Source: an uncultured Oscillospiraceae bacterium
GTDB taxonomy: Bacteria > Bacillota > Clostridia > Oscillospirales > Oscillospiraceae
Direction of reading: 5' to 3'
Assembly (NCBI GenBank): GCA_964530935.1
Contig: CAZHCB010000001.1
Location: 1 to 45,348, forward strand
Length of the DNA: 45,348 nt
Positions 1 to 8,556 of the stretch are shown piece after piece. Within the stretch, counting starts at the first letter, position 1, and every line of letters begins with the position of its first letter. The notes below the pieces were generated by a model. That model did not search any database and had not been told where the DNA came from. It saw nothing but the letters and a program-made list of their open reading frames with translations. The translations under genes and the position numbers were made by a program.

Positions 1-52
1 CTGTGACCCCATGCTTGTAAGGCATGTGCTCTCCCAGCTGAGCTATGCTCCC
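1..52 (-). tRNA. tRNA-Val (anticodon UAC), 5' two-thirds only; the 3' part lies beyond the window edge
   Basis: The reverse complement reads GGGAGCA-TA-GCTC-AGCTGGGA-GAGC-A-CATGC-CTTACAA-GCATG-GGGTC-ACAG. This gives the acceptor 5' arm, the D arm, an anticodon stem CATGC/GCATG and a loop CTTACAA (anticodon TAC). It is closely similar to Firmicute tRNA-Val. Confidence 0.85.
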
Positions 53-80
53 GCAAGACCCGCAATTAAACGGCTTTGCC

Positions 81-109
81 ATTGTACTAAAATCTTAGGG
101 GAATGTCAA
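81..109 (-). promoter_or_regulatory. sigmaA-type promoter for the tRNA-Val gene
   Basis: The minus strand reads TTGACA (109-104), a 17-nt spacer, then TACAAT (86-81), about 28 nt upstream of the tRNA 5' end. Confidence 0.55.
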
Positions 110-131
110 GATGCTTTTGACATTTTTTTAC

Positions 132-1019
132 CTAATTATCTACGGCTTCGAGAGCATTAATCATTTCAAGAATTTCATCACCGGAGAAGTCATAAACGGT
201 GTTGCAGAACTGACAGGATACTTGCGCGGCCTCTCCGCCGGCATATATTTCCCTTAAGTCCTCCAAACTAAGACTCTCTACCGCCCGCCTAACACGTTCG
301 CGGCTGCAATAACAGCGGTATTCGACGGAGGTGCTGCTCAAAGTTTCAGGAGAGAGATCCATGAAAACCGCATCCACCAAATCCTGAGCGCAGCCATTTT
401 CCAAGATTCCGGTTACCTGACCTAAAATTTGGATGTTTTCTTCAATCATATCAATGAGGGAGTCGGGCGCACCGGGCAGAAGCTGCACGATGAAGCCGCC
501 GGCGCATTTTACAGACAAGTCCGTATCAACAAGTACTCCCAGACCAACAGCGGAGGCAACTTGTTCGCTCTCCATATAATAATAAGCCAAGTCCTCGGCA
601 ATCTCGCCGCTGACCAGTCTTGTTGAGCCGATATAGGGCTCTTTCAGTCCCAAGTCGCGGCTGATGGTCAGCATACCGTCAACACCCACCGCTGCACCTA
701 CATTGAGCTTTCCGTCCTCACGGTTAGGAACGTCCACCTGAGGATTTTCCACATACCCGCGCACCATACCCTGACTGTCAGAAACAGCGATAACAGTGCC
801 GATAGGACCGCCGCCGTTGATGCGCAGAGTAAGCGTGGCGGTTTCGTCTTTCAGCAGGTCACCCAGCATTGAGGCGGCGCAAAGGGAGCGACCTAAGGCC
901 GCGGTGGCAACAGGGCTCGTGTCGTGCAATTGGCGGGCGCGTTCAATCATGCCCTTTGCGCTTATTGCCGATATTTTTGCATAGCCGTCACCGGTGACGG
1001 CGCGAATAATTTCATCCAT
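132..1019 (-). CDS. hslO: Hsp33 family redox-regulated chaperone
   Basis: The 295-aa ORF has an Hsp33-like N-terminus (IRAVTGDGYAKISAISAKGMIERAR) and the C-terminal zinc centre YRCYCSRERV...VSCQFCNTVYDF (CxC...CxxC). Confidence 0.9.
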   Translation of the reverse strand: MDEIIRAVTGDGYAKISAISAKGMIERARQLHDTSPVATAALGRSLCAASMLGDLLKDETATLTLRINGGGPIGTVIAVSDSQGMVRGYVENPQVDVPNREDGKLNVGAAVGVDGMLTISRDLGLKEPYIGSTRLVSGEIAEDLAYYYMESEQVASAVGLGVLVDTDLSVKCAGGFIVQLLPGAPDSLIDMIEENIQILGQVTGILENGCAQDLVDAVFMDLSPETLSSTSVEYRCYCSRERVRRAVESLSLEDLREIYAGGEAAQVSCQFCNTVYDFSGDEILEMINALEAVDN

Positions 1020-1020
1020 T

Positions 1021-1764
1021 TTAAACCTCTTGTGATGTGTTTTTTGCTATTATAAAAATGCGCCCCAGTTCGTTTTGAGGACCGGTTTTGCATATTTCGA
1101 TGTCTATAAAACCAGCTTCGGATAGGAGTTTTACCAGTTTGTCCGGCTCATGGACATATTCAATATGTTCTTCAAAGCTTCGCTGCCAAAAACGGCCGCG
1201 GCGGGTGAAAATGTCAACTCCATAAAACAGAGCGTTCTCATCCTCGTCAAAGTCCGCACGCCACAGACACAGAGTGTCATCATCCTCATCGACGCTGGTG
1301 TAACCATCCATAGAGCGCAGGCGCTCGGGCGTGTTCAAATCGAAAATAAACAGCCCCTGCGGATCAATAAACATGTGCAGCAAACGCAGCATTTCCGGCA
1401 CTTCTTTCGGAGGCAGGTAATTTACCACATCAAGACTTGAATATGCAGCGTCAACCGTACCATAGAGATCCAGCTCGTTCGCTGCTTGGCACAAAAACAG
1501 GGGAGGAGTGGCATTTGGGATCCCGGCACACTTTTCCTGAGCAATGCAGAGCATGTCCGAAGAAGAATCCGCCGCCACCAAATCGTAGCCCCTGCGAGCC
1601 ATAATCTCTGTCAGGCTGCCCGTTCCGCAGCCAATATCCAGTAAAGACTTTGCCGGAAGCTCTCTTTCGGAAAAAACCTTTTCGTAGAAATCGGCAAAGG
1701 CGGCGTAGTTTACATCGTAAGTGAAACGGTCATAGACCGATGCAAGCCAGTTGTAGGAAGCCAT
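1021..1764 (-). CDS. class I SAM-dependent methyltransferase
   Basis: The 247-aa ORF has SAM motif I (LLDIGCGTGSLTEIMA) and an acidic motif II (DLVAADSS). It is packed tightly between hslO and yerC-like, sharing a stop/start nucleotide. Confidence 0.8.
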   Translation of the reverse strand: MASYNWLASVYDRFTYDVNYAAFADFYEKVFSERELPAKSLLDIGCGTGSLTEIMARRGYDLVAADSSSDMLCIAQEKCAGIPNATPPLFLCQAANELDLYGTVDAAYSSLDVVNYLPPKEVPEMLRLLHMFIDPQGLFIFDLNTPERLRSMDGYTSVDEDDDTLCLWRADFDEDENALFYGVDIFTRRGRFWQRSFEEHIEYVHEPDKLVKLLSEAGFIDIEICKTGPQNELGRIFIIAKNTSQEV

Positions 1765-2060
1765 TACTGCGCGCCCTCCTTGAGCCTTTCAAGCGCCATT
1801 TGATAGCCACCCTCGCCGTATTGGAGGCAACGGTTTACCCGGCTTATAGTTGCACTGGAAGCGCCGGTCTTTTCCAGAATTTCGTTATAGATACAGCCTT
1901 TATCAAGGAGGGTCACCACTTCAAAACGCTGCTCAATCGCCTGCAACTCTGCAATTGTGCATAAATCTTCAAAGAAGTTTTTTAGCTCGTCAACGGTCTT
2001 TAGAGTTAGAATGGCTTGGTACAGCTCCTCATTACGGCTTTTTTTGCCCTGCTTATTCAT
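1764..2060 (-). CDS. YerC/YecD family TrpR-related DNA-binding protein
   Basis: The 98-aa ORF contains LCTIAELQAIEQRFEVVTLLDKG..YNEILEKTGASSATISRVNRCLQYG, typical of the YerC/YecD family. Confidence 0.75.
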   Translation of the reverse strand: MNKQGKKSRNEELYQAILTLKTVDELKNFFEDLCTIAELQAIEQRFEVVTLLDKGCIYNEILEKTGASSATISRVNRCLQYGEGGYQMALERLKEGAQ

Positions 2061-2256
2061 GATATTTACCTGCCTTATAGAATAGTAATTGCGTTTAGCA
2101 CAATAGTTTGTGAAAGTCTACATATTTTATATCATTAAAGTAATAAAGTAAAGCACTATTTTTCCTTGAAATCACGCTTAAAATAATATAAAATAAATCG
2201 GCAGTAGAAACTGAGTCTAATAACGATATCTGGGGAAACGATAAGGGGTGACTTTT

Positions 2257-3540
2257 ATGGTAAAGGCAGTTGTAGGAGCTAATTGGGGTGATGAAGGAAA
2301 AGGTAAAATCACAGACATGTTGGCAGAGAAATCTGATATGGTTATCAGGTTTCAAGGCGGGGCAAATGCCGGGCATACTATAATCAACGATTTTGGTCGT
2401 TTCGCCCTCCACACTCTGCCCTCCGGCGTGTTCTTTCCCCACATTACTAATGTAATTGGCAACGGAGTCGCTTTGAATATAAGAATACTGGTAAACGAAC
2501 TCAATTCTCTGAAAGAGAACGGGGTGCCTGCGCCGAGGATTATTGTATCGGAGCGTGCTCAGGTGGTTATGCCATACCACATTTTGCTGGATGAATATGA
2601 AGAGGAACGCCTCACCGCTGAGAGCGGGAAGGGCTTTGGCTCAACTAAATCAGGAATTGCTCCGCTGTATTCCGACAAATTTGCGAAAATCGGTTTCCAA
2701 GTATGCGAACTGTTCGATGATCAGCTGCTTAAGGAGCGCTTAGAAAACGTATGCACAATAAAGAACACTTTGGTTGAGCATCTATATAAAAAGCCCTTGC
2801 TTGATCCCGAACAGCTTTTTGAAGAAATGGTGCAGCAGCGTGAGCTCATATCTCCGTATGTCGGCAACGCGTCAATCGCAGTCAGGCAGGCACTAAAGGA
2901 AGGTAAAAAGGTTCTGATCGAGGGACAGCTCGGAACCCTCAAAGACACTGATTTTGGCATCTACCCCTATGTCACTTCATCCAACACAATTGCTGGATAC
3001 GGCGCCGTCGGAGCGGGAATTGCCCCCACAGATTTCGAGAGCATTATTGCCGTTACAAAGGCGTATTCCAGCGCTGTAGGCGAGGGGGCCTTTGTGTCTG
3101 AGCTTTTCGAAGAGGAGGCCGACACTCTCCGCCGTCTTGGCGGTGACATGGGTGAGTACGGCGCAACAACGGGCAGACCCAGACGTGTGGGTTGGTTTGA
3201 CGCTGTCGCAACGGCTTATGGCTGCCGAATGCAGGGAGCAACCGAGGTTGCGCTGACTGCAGTTGATGTCCTCGGATACCTTGACGAGATTAAAATTTGC
3301 GTCGGATATGAAATTGACGGCGTTGTAACCGAGGAGTTTCCCATAACACCTCTTTTGAACAGAGCCAAACCTGTATACGCAAGCCTTCCCGGATGGAAGT
3401 GCGATATACGCGGAGCAATGTCATTTGATAGTTTTCCTGAAGAATTAAAGGATTATGTAAACTTCATTGAATCGAAGATCCAAGTGCCCATATCCATGGT
3501 TTCGACAGGACCGAAGCGTGAAGAGATTGCGATTAGGTGA
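2257..3540 (+). CDS. purA: adenylosuccinate synthase
   Basis: The ORF has the P-loop GANWGDEGKGKITD, GGANAGHT and a full-length (~427 aa) PurA-like sequence. I prefer the ATG at 2257 (AAGGGG RBS 8 nt upstream) over the GTG at 2248 in the track. Confidence 0.95.
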   Translation: MVKAVVGANWGDEGKGKITDMLAEKSDMVIRFQGGANAGHTIINDFGRFALHTLPSGVFFPHITNVIGNGVALNIRILVNELNSLKENGVPAPRIIVSERAQVVMPYHILLDEYEEERLTAESGKGFGSTKSGIAPLYSDKFAKIGFQVCELFDDQLLKERLENVCTIKNTLVEHLYKKPLLDPEQLFEEMVQQRELISPYVGNASIAVRQALKEGKKVLIEGQLGTLKDTDFGIYPYVTSSNTIAGYGAVGAGIAPTDFESIIAVTKAYSSAVGEGAFVSELFEEEADTLRRLGGDMGEYGATTGRPRRVGWFDAVATAYGCRMQGATEVALTAVDVLGYLDEIKICVGYEIDGVVTEEFPITPLLNRAKPVYASLPGWKCDIRGAMSFDSFPEELKDYVNFIESKIQVPISMVSTGPKREEIAIR

Positions 3541-3670
3541 GATTATTTTTTCTGCTTGAGCATAGGATTGAATTGGTAGACGCGAGTTGGCGGTTTTTGT
3601 TGAAAAATGCCAGGTGTTATGATAGAATAAAAGTGCAGAAAATATTGAAACCGCAAAGGAGGTTTTTGCT

Positions 3671-4126
3671 TTGGAAGTTACTCAAATTGTATGGATAGCA
3701 TTAGTTGTAGTGTTCCTTGTTGGGGAAGCGATTTCCGTTGCCTTGTCCTCAATTTGGTTCGCAGCGGGTGCAGTTGTGGCTCTTATCGCTTCGTTCCTAA
3801 ATGCGCCGCTTTGGCTGCAAATTGTGTTGTTCGTAGTAGTTTCAGCAGCCACCCTTATTCTGACAAGACCCCTTGCGAATAAATATGTTAATTCAAAGGT
3901 TCAGGCGACCAATGCCGACAAGGTTATCGGTCAGCTGGCTACCGTAACCGAGCGTGTTGACAACGTTGCGGGAACGGGGACGGCAAAAGTCGGTCTGAGG
4001 GAATGGACAGCACGTAGTTTTGATGGTAGTATTATTGAGACGGGTGTTCAGGCAAGCGTAAAGTCTATTGAAGGCGTTAAAATTATGCTTGTTCCCGTGA
4101 AGGAGCATGCTGAAAATAGTTTATAA
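3671..4126 (+). CDS. NfeD family membrane protein
   Basis: The 151-aa ORF has an AAGGAGG RBS and a TTG start. It has N-terminal TM helices and a C-terminal soluble OB-like region (GTGTAKVGLREWTARS). It sits directly upstream of an SPFH gene, the classic nfeD-stomatin pair. Confidence 0.75.
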   Translation: MEVTQIVWIALVVVFLVGEAISVALSSIWFAAGAVVALIASFLNAPLWLQIVLFVVVSAATLILTRPLANKYVNSKVQATNADKVIGQLATVTERVDNVAGTGTAKVGLREWTARSFDGSIIETGVQASVKSIEGVKIMLVPVKEHAENSL

Positions 4127-4185
4127 GCAAGGGTTGCTTACCAAAAAAGATTTTGCCGCTTGTGACGGCAGATATGGAGGAAATC

Positions 4186-5085
4186 ATGGAATATATTGTC
4201 CCGATCATTTTGGCGATTATAGTTTTTTTGGTTTTAGTTCGCAACATTAGAGTTGTGCCTCAGGCAAATGCTTACGTTATTGAGCGTCTCGGCGCTTATA
4301 GCACAACGTGGCATGTGGGTCTTCACTTCAAAATACCCTTTATTGAGACTATCTCCAAGAAGGTTTCTCTGAAGGAGCAGGTATACGATTTCCCGCCCCA
4401 GCCCGTTATCACTAAGGATAACGTAACAATGCAGATCGACACGGTCCTTTATTTTGAAATAACAGATCCGAAGCTGTATACCTACGGCGTTGAAAGCCCC
4501 ATTAACGCAATTGAAAATCTTTCCGCAACAACTTTGCGTAACATTATCGGTGATCTCGAGCTTGACCAGACCCTTACAAGCCGTGATGTTATTAACTCAG
4601 AAATGCGTGCTATTCTTGACGAAGCCACTGATCCCTGGGGTATCAAGGTTAACCGTGTTGAGCTGAAAAACATTCTGCCCCCGAGAGAAATTCAGGACGC
4701 CATGGAAAAGCAGATGAAGGCAGAACGTGAACGCCGTGAATCTATTCTTCGTGCTGAGGGTGAAAAGAAATCTGCCATCCTGCTTGCAGAAGGTGAGAAG
4801 GAATCTTCGATCCTCCGTGCAGATGCTAAGAAGCAGTCACAGATCCTCGAAGCAGAAGGTGAAGCGGCAGCTATCCTGCAGGTTCAAACCGCAACTGCTG
4901 AAGGTATTCGCCGTATCAACGAGAGCAATCCTTCCGAGGCTGTAATTAAGATAAAGGCTTTGGAAGCCTTTGCAGCTGCAGCAGACGGAAAAGCAACTAA
5001 GATTATTATTCCCTCGGAAATTCAAGGTATTGCAGGGCTCGCTACGTCCTTGAAGGCCATTCTTTCAGATGAAGACAAAAAATAG
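4186..5085 (+). CDS. SPFH/band-7 (stomatin-like) membrane protein
   Basis: The ORF has an N-terminal TM helix, an SPFH core (VPQANAYVIERLGAY..., TKDNVTMQIDTVLYFEITDP, WGIKVNRVELKNI) and a C-terminal AEGEK-rich coiled coil. I prefer the ATG at 4186 (GGAGG 6 nt upstream) over the TTG at 4153. Confidence 0.85.
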   Translation: MEYIVPIILAIIVFLVLVRNIRVVPQANAYVIERLGAYSTTWHVGLHFKIPFIETISKKVSLKEQVYDFPPQPVITKDNVTMQIDTVLYFEITDPKLYTYGVESPINAIENLSATTLRNIIGDLELDQTLTSRDVINSEMRAILDEATDPWGIKVNRVELKNILPPREIQDAMEKQMKAERERRESILRAEGEKKSAILLAEGEKESSILRADAKKQSQILEAEGEAAAILQVQTATAEGIRRINESNPSEAVIKIKALEAFAAAADGKATKIIIPSEIQGIAGLATSLKAILSDEDKK

Positions 5086-5101
5086 AGTAATATAACTATT
5101 T

Positions 5102-5132
5102 AAGTACCGCCTGTTTATTGCAGGCGGTACTT
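5102..5132 (+). terminator. hairpin terminator after the SPFH gene
   Basis: AAGTACCGCCTG-tttattg-CAGGCGGTACTT forms a 12-bp perfect stem followed by ATTGTTTG (a weak U-run). Confidence 0.55.
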
Positions 5133-5194
5133 ATTGTTTGCACTCACCAAAGGCGTGCAAACAATTATTATATGCCTCCGCCAGAATGCGGAAA

Positions 5195-5225
5195 GAGCCG
5201 CACTGTCAAATTGACAGTGCGGCTC
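5195..5225 (-). terminator. hairpin terminator downstream of dapB
   Basis: GAGCCGCACTGTCAA-a-TTGACAGTGCGGCTC is a near-perfect 31-nt palindrome. On the minus strand it is followed by TTTCC. It lies 90 nt after the dapB stop. Confidence 0.5.
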
Positions 5226-5314
5226 GAACTATTTTATCTAACGGTGGTTAATAAAACAGGTGTTTTCGAATAATATCCAGCGTTGTAACAATTTGTTACC
5301 CACTTACCTGATTT

Positions 5315-6085
5315 TTATTTATCCAAAACCTCGCGCAAAACATCGTTCATGTCATACATGCCCGGCTCAGTTACTTTCCCAAGCCAAGCAGCTGCCGCAA
5401 TAGCGCCATTAGCAAACACGTTGCGGGATTGCGCTGTGTGCTTTAGTTCGATGACCTCATCCGGACCGGCAAAAATAACTTCATGCTCACCCACTATAGT
5501 CCCGCCGCGAACTGATGAGATACCGATTTCGTGCTCACCGCGCTTTTGCCTGATGCTGTGCCGGTCAAAAACATACTCTGAATCATAGGGCAGGGAAGAT
5601 GCTGCCGCATCGGCCAACATAAAGGCGGTTCCGCTGGGGGCATCAACTTTCATATGATGGTGACGCTCAACAATTTCAATGTCAAAATCAGTTCCTAAAA
5701 CTGCGGCAGCTTTTTTAACAAGCCCCGTGAGGAGGTTAATTCCAAGGGACATGTTGCCTGAACGGAAGAGAGGGATGGACTTTGAAGTGTTTAAAATTTG
5801 CACTAATTGCGCATCGGAATAACCAGTAGTGCATAATATGCACGAAATATTACGTATAGTGCAATATTTGAGCAAATTATCTAAGGAAGCAGGGCTGGAG
5901 AAGTCGATAATTACGTTTGCCTCGCCTGCATATTCCATAGGGTCAGCATAAACAGGAAAATTACTGAGCTTGGCCGGAATTACGTCAAACCCCGCCACTA
6001 TCTGTATATCCTGCTTTCCTTCGCACAAGGCTGCCACTGCCTGGCCCATTCGACCGTTGCAACCGGAAATGATAACCTTTGTCAT
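5315..6085 (-). CDS. dapB: 4-hydroxy-tetrahydrodipicolinate reductase
   Basis: The 256-aa ORF has an N-terminal Rossmann motif (VIISGCNGRMGQAV) and the catalytic region ERHHHMKVDAPSGTA. Confidence 0.9.
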   Translation of the reverse strand: MTKVIISGCNGRMGQAVAALCEGKQDIQIVAGFDVIPAKLSNFPVYADPMEYAGEANVIIDFSSPASLDNLLKYCTIRNISCILCTTGYSDAQLVQILNTSKSIPLFRSGNMSLGINLLTGLVKKAAAVLGTDFDIEIVERHHHMKVDAPSGTAFMLADAAASSLPYDSEYVFDRHSIRQKRGEHEIGISSVRGGTIVGEHEVIFAGPDEVIELKHTAQSRNVFANGAIAAAAWLGKVTEPGMYDMNDVLREVLDK

Positions 6086-6193
6086 TGCTTGTCCTCCACT
6101 TTTCTATAGTATATCTTTCTGGGTAAAAGGTATAATAACCGCTTTTGGGTTATTATAACACGGCAATTGTGACATGGGAATGTTTTTTGCTAT

Positions 6194-6223
6194 GAAAAAG
6201 GGGCGATTGCTTCGCCCCTTTAA
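6194..6223 (-). terminator. intrinsic terminator after dapA
   Basis: The minus strand reads AAAGGGGCGA-agcaa-TCGCCCCTTT followed by TTC, immediately after the dapA stop. This separates asd-dapA from dapB. Confidence 0.7.
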
Positions 6224-6225
6224 AT

Positions 6226-7122
6226 TTATTTATTTTCTGAGTAAAGCCCGACTGCTTCCATGCTCGTTTTGAGCTTTTCCAGGTTAGCCGGGGCCATATC
6301 AACCAGCGGCAAACGCAGATTGCCAACGTCCATTCCCATCAAGTTCATTGCTGTTTTAACCGGTATGGGGTTAACCTCAATGAAGAGTGTTGCGAATAGA
6401 TCTGCATATTTGTAATAGAGTTCGGAAGCGGCCTTAAAATCATCTTTCAGGCACAGGGCGCAGATATCTGCAACGACTCTTGGGACGATGTTAGATGCAA
6501 CAGAGATAACGCCTTTTCCGCCCATGGCCATCATTGGGATGGTGTTGTCGTCATTACCGCTCCAGATAAATAAATCGTCGCCAACGAGGGCACGAGTGCG
6601 GGAGAAGAGGGAAAAGTCCCCGGAAGCTTCCTTGATACCGTTAATGCTGGGGTGCTGAGAAAGAATCTTGTATGTTTCTGCTGCTAAACCGATTCCGGTT
6701 CTGCTGGGAACATTGTAGACGATCATTGGGACGTCAACCTTGTCAGCGACCGTTGTAAAGTGCTGAACCAGACCCCGTTGGGAGGTCTTGTTGTAGTAGG
6801 GGGTGACCATCAAGATGCCGTCGACTCCGGAGGCCTTTGCGCTGGTTGCAAGTCTTACGGATGTCATTGTGTCGTTACTGCCGACGCCGGAAATAACCTT
6901 CATGCGTCCCGCGACTTTTTTCACACAGAAATCGACAAGCTTTTCGTGCTCGTCAAGGGCCTGGGTTGCGTTTTCTCCTGTTGTTCCGCAAACCAAAAAT
7001 GCGGAAGTACCGCCGTTATACTGTTGCTCGATGAGCTCAGCCATCTTGTCGTAATCAACCTCATAACCGCGAAAAGGCGTTACGATCGCGGTGCAGGATC
7101 CGGTAAAAATCGGTGTTTTCAT
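6226..7122 (-). CDS. dapA: 4-hydroxy-tetrahydrodipicolinate synthase
   Basis: The 298-aa ORF contains GTTGE, YNVPSRTG and IKEASGD (active-site Lys region), typical of DapA. Confidence 0.95.
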   Translation of the reverse strand: MKTPIFTGSCTAIVTPFRGYEVDYDKMAELIEQQYNGGTSAFLVCGTTGENATQALDEHEKLVDFCVKKVAGRMKVISGVGSNDTMTSVRLATSAKASGVDGILMVTPYYNKTSQRGLVQHFTTVADKVDVPMIVYNVPSRTGIGLAAETYKILSQHPSINGIKEASGDFSLFSRTRALVGDDLFIWSGNDDNTIPMMAMGGKGVISVASNIVPRVVADICALCLKDDFKAASELYYKYADLFATLFIEVNPIPVKTAMNLMGMDVGNLRLPLVDMAPANLEKLKTSMEAVGLYSENK

Positions 7123-7145
7123 TTGACGTTTTCCTCCTTGTTGGT

Positions 7146-8237
7146 CTAGTTTTGTGATGTAATGTATCCTTCGGCACAGAGAAGCTCTGCCAGTTCAACC
7201 GCCCCACCGGCTGCGCCGCGAAGGACGTTGTGGGATAGGCACACGAACTTATAGTCATACTGAGTGTCTTCTCTCAGGCGGCCAATGGATACGGCCATGC
7301 CTTTTTCAAGGTCACGGTCAAGCTTTGTCTGGGGGCGATCGTCTTCAGTGAAATAATGCAAGAATTGTTTTGGCGCAGTGGGAAGGTCAAGCTCTTGAGC
7401 GCGGCCCTTGTAAGATGCCCAGCGCTCAATAATTTCTTCCTTGGTGGGCTTTTTTTCGAAATCAACGAAAACAGCTGCCATATGCCCGTCAGAACAGGCA
7501 ACGCGCACACATTGCGCGGTGATGTTTGGCTTTTCGGCAGATACTATTTGGCCGTTTTCAACGGTGCCCCAAATTCGCATAGGCTCGCGTTCGGACTTTT
7601 CCTCTTCCCCGCCAATGTAGGGGATGCAGTTGTCAACCATCTCCGGCCAACGCTCAAAGGTTTTGCCTGCGCCGGAAATTGCCTGATAGGTGCAAACAAG
7701 AATATTCTTGATACCAAACTCCTCCCGCAGAGGGTGGAGGGCCGGAACGTAGCTTTGAATAGAGCAGTTTGACTTCGTGGCAATGAAGCCCCGCTTAGTA
7801 CCAAGGCGCTTTCGCTGGGCCTCAATAACTTTGCAGTGGTCAGCGTTTAATTCGGGGATTATCATGGGGACGTCCGCTGTCCAGCGGTTGGCGCTGTTGT
7901 TGGAAACAACAGGACACTCAAGCTTTGCATATGCCTCCTCAAGGGCGACGATGTCGGGCTTTTTCATGTCGACAGCGCAGAAAATGAAATCCACCATGCC
8001 GGCGATTTCGGCCATGTCTGCTGTTGCGTCTTTAACAGGCATATCTTTTGCGGTCTCCGGAATGGCAAAAGCCATTGCCCAGCGATCATCAACAGCTTCC
8101 TTGTATGTTTTTCCGGCGCTTCTGGCGCTGGCGGCAACAACTGTTAAATCAAACCAGGGGTGGTCGCTTATAAGGCTTACATAACGTTGACCAACCATTC
8201 CGGTTGCGCCAACAATACCAACTTTATACTTCTTCAT
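7146..8237 (-). CDS. asd: aspartate-semialdehyde dehydrogenase
   Basis: The 363-aa ORF has an N-terminal VGIVGATGMVGQ, an active-site SNCSIQ and a C-terminal HNVLRGAAGGAV. Confidence 0.9.
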   Translation of the reverse strand: MKKYKVGIVGATGMVGQRYVSLISDHPWFDLTVVAASARSAGKTYKEAVDDRWAMAFAIPETAKDMPVKDATADMAEIAGMVDFIFCAVDMKKPDIVALEEAYAKLECPVVSNNSANRWTADVPMIIPELNADHCKVIEAQRKRLGTKRGFIATKSNCSIQSYVPALHPLREEFGIKNILVCTYQAISGAGKTFERWPEMVDNCIPYIGGEEEKSEREPMRIWGTVENGQIVSAEKPNITAQCVRVACSDGHMAAVFVDFEKKPTKEEIIERWASYKGRAQELDLPTAPKQFLHYFTEDDRPQTKLDRDLEKGMAVSIGRLREDTQYDYKFVCLSHNVLRGAAGGAVELAELLCAEGYITSQN

Positions 8238-8277
8238 AAATAATATCCTTCCGAGAAAACAACTGGGTTGTCATGTG

Positions 8278-8305
8278 ATTATACCACAGCAATGCAAAAT
8301 GTGAA
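8278..8305 (-). promoter_or_regulatory. candidate sigmaA promoter for asd-dapA (extended -10)
   Basis: The minus strand reads TTCACA-16 nt-(TGG)TATAAT. The leader to the asd ATG is only ~35 nt, which leaves no room for a riboswitch. Confidence 0.45.
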
Positions 8306-8330
8306 ACACTTTGTCAATTGTCGTAAAAAG

Positions 8331-8359
8331 TTGACATAAAAGGAAAATATGTTTATAAT
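8331..8359 (+). promoter_or_regulatory. consensus sigmaA promoter facing the spoIID-like gene
   Basis: TTGACA (8331-8336), a 17-nt spacer, then TATAAT (8354-8359). It lies ~190 nt upstream of the ATG at 8557. Confidence 0.6.
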
Positions 8360-8472
8360 GTATGAGATAGTCGAATTGTAATACATATCAGAAGTTTTCT
8401 TAAATAAATCGTATCACAGCAAATAATCTACTGTCAATAAATGTTCAATACGAATTTGGCTTAATTAAACGG

Positions 8473-8522
8473 GCTGTTTTTGGTACTTGCGCGCGTAAAT
8501 GCGCCAAAGGGATACAGCTTTT
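8473..8522 (+). promoter_or_regulatory. terminator-like compound hairpin plus TTTT inside the spoIID-like leader (attenuator or 3' end of a small RNA)
   Basis: GCTGT(8473-8477)...ACAGC(8514-8518) closes an inner GCGC/GCGC and TGG/CCA helix and is followed by TTTTAAAA. It sits 35 nt upstream of the start codon. Confidence 0.3.
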
Positions 8523-8556
8523 AAAATCATGTGTGCTTTGCGAAGGGAAACTACAT

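Noticed and set aside
2061-2256. A purine riboswitch upstream of purA
   Set aside because: The 196-nt spacer is AT-rich and lacks the conserved purine-aptamer junction and loop motifs (e.g. UAUAAU...GGAUAUGG...CUACC). Nothing supports an aptamer.
4690-4900. Repetitive AEGEK/ILRAE coding repeats in the SPFH gene
   Set aside because: This is the normal C-terminal coiled-coil of stomatin-like proteins, not a DNA-level repeat element.
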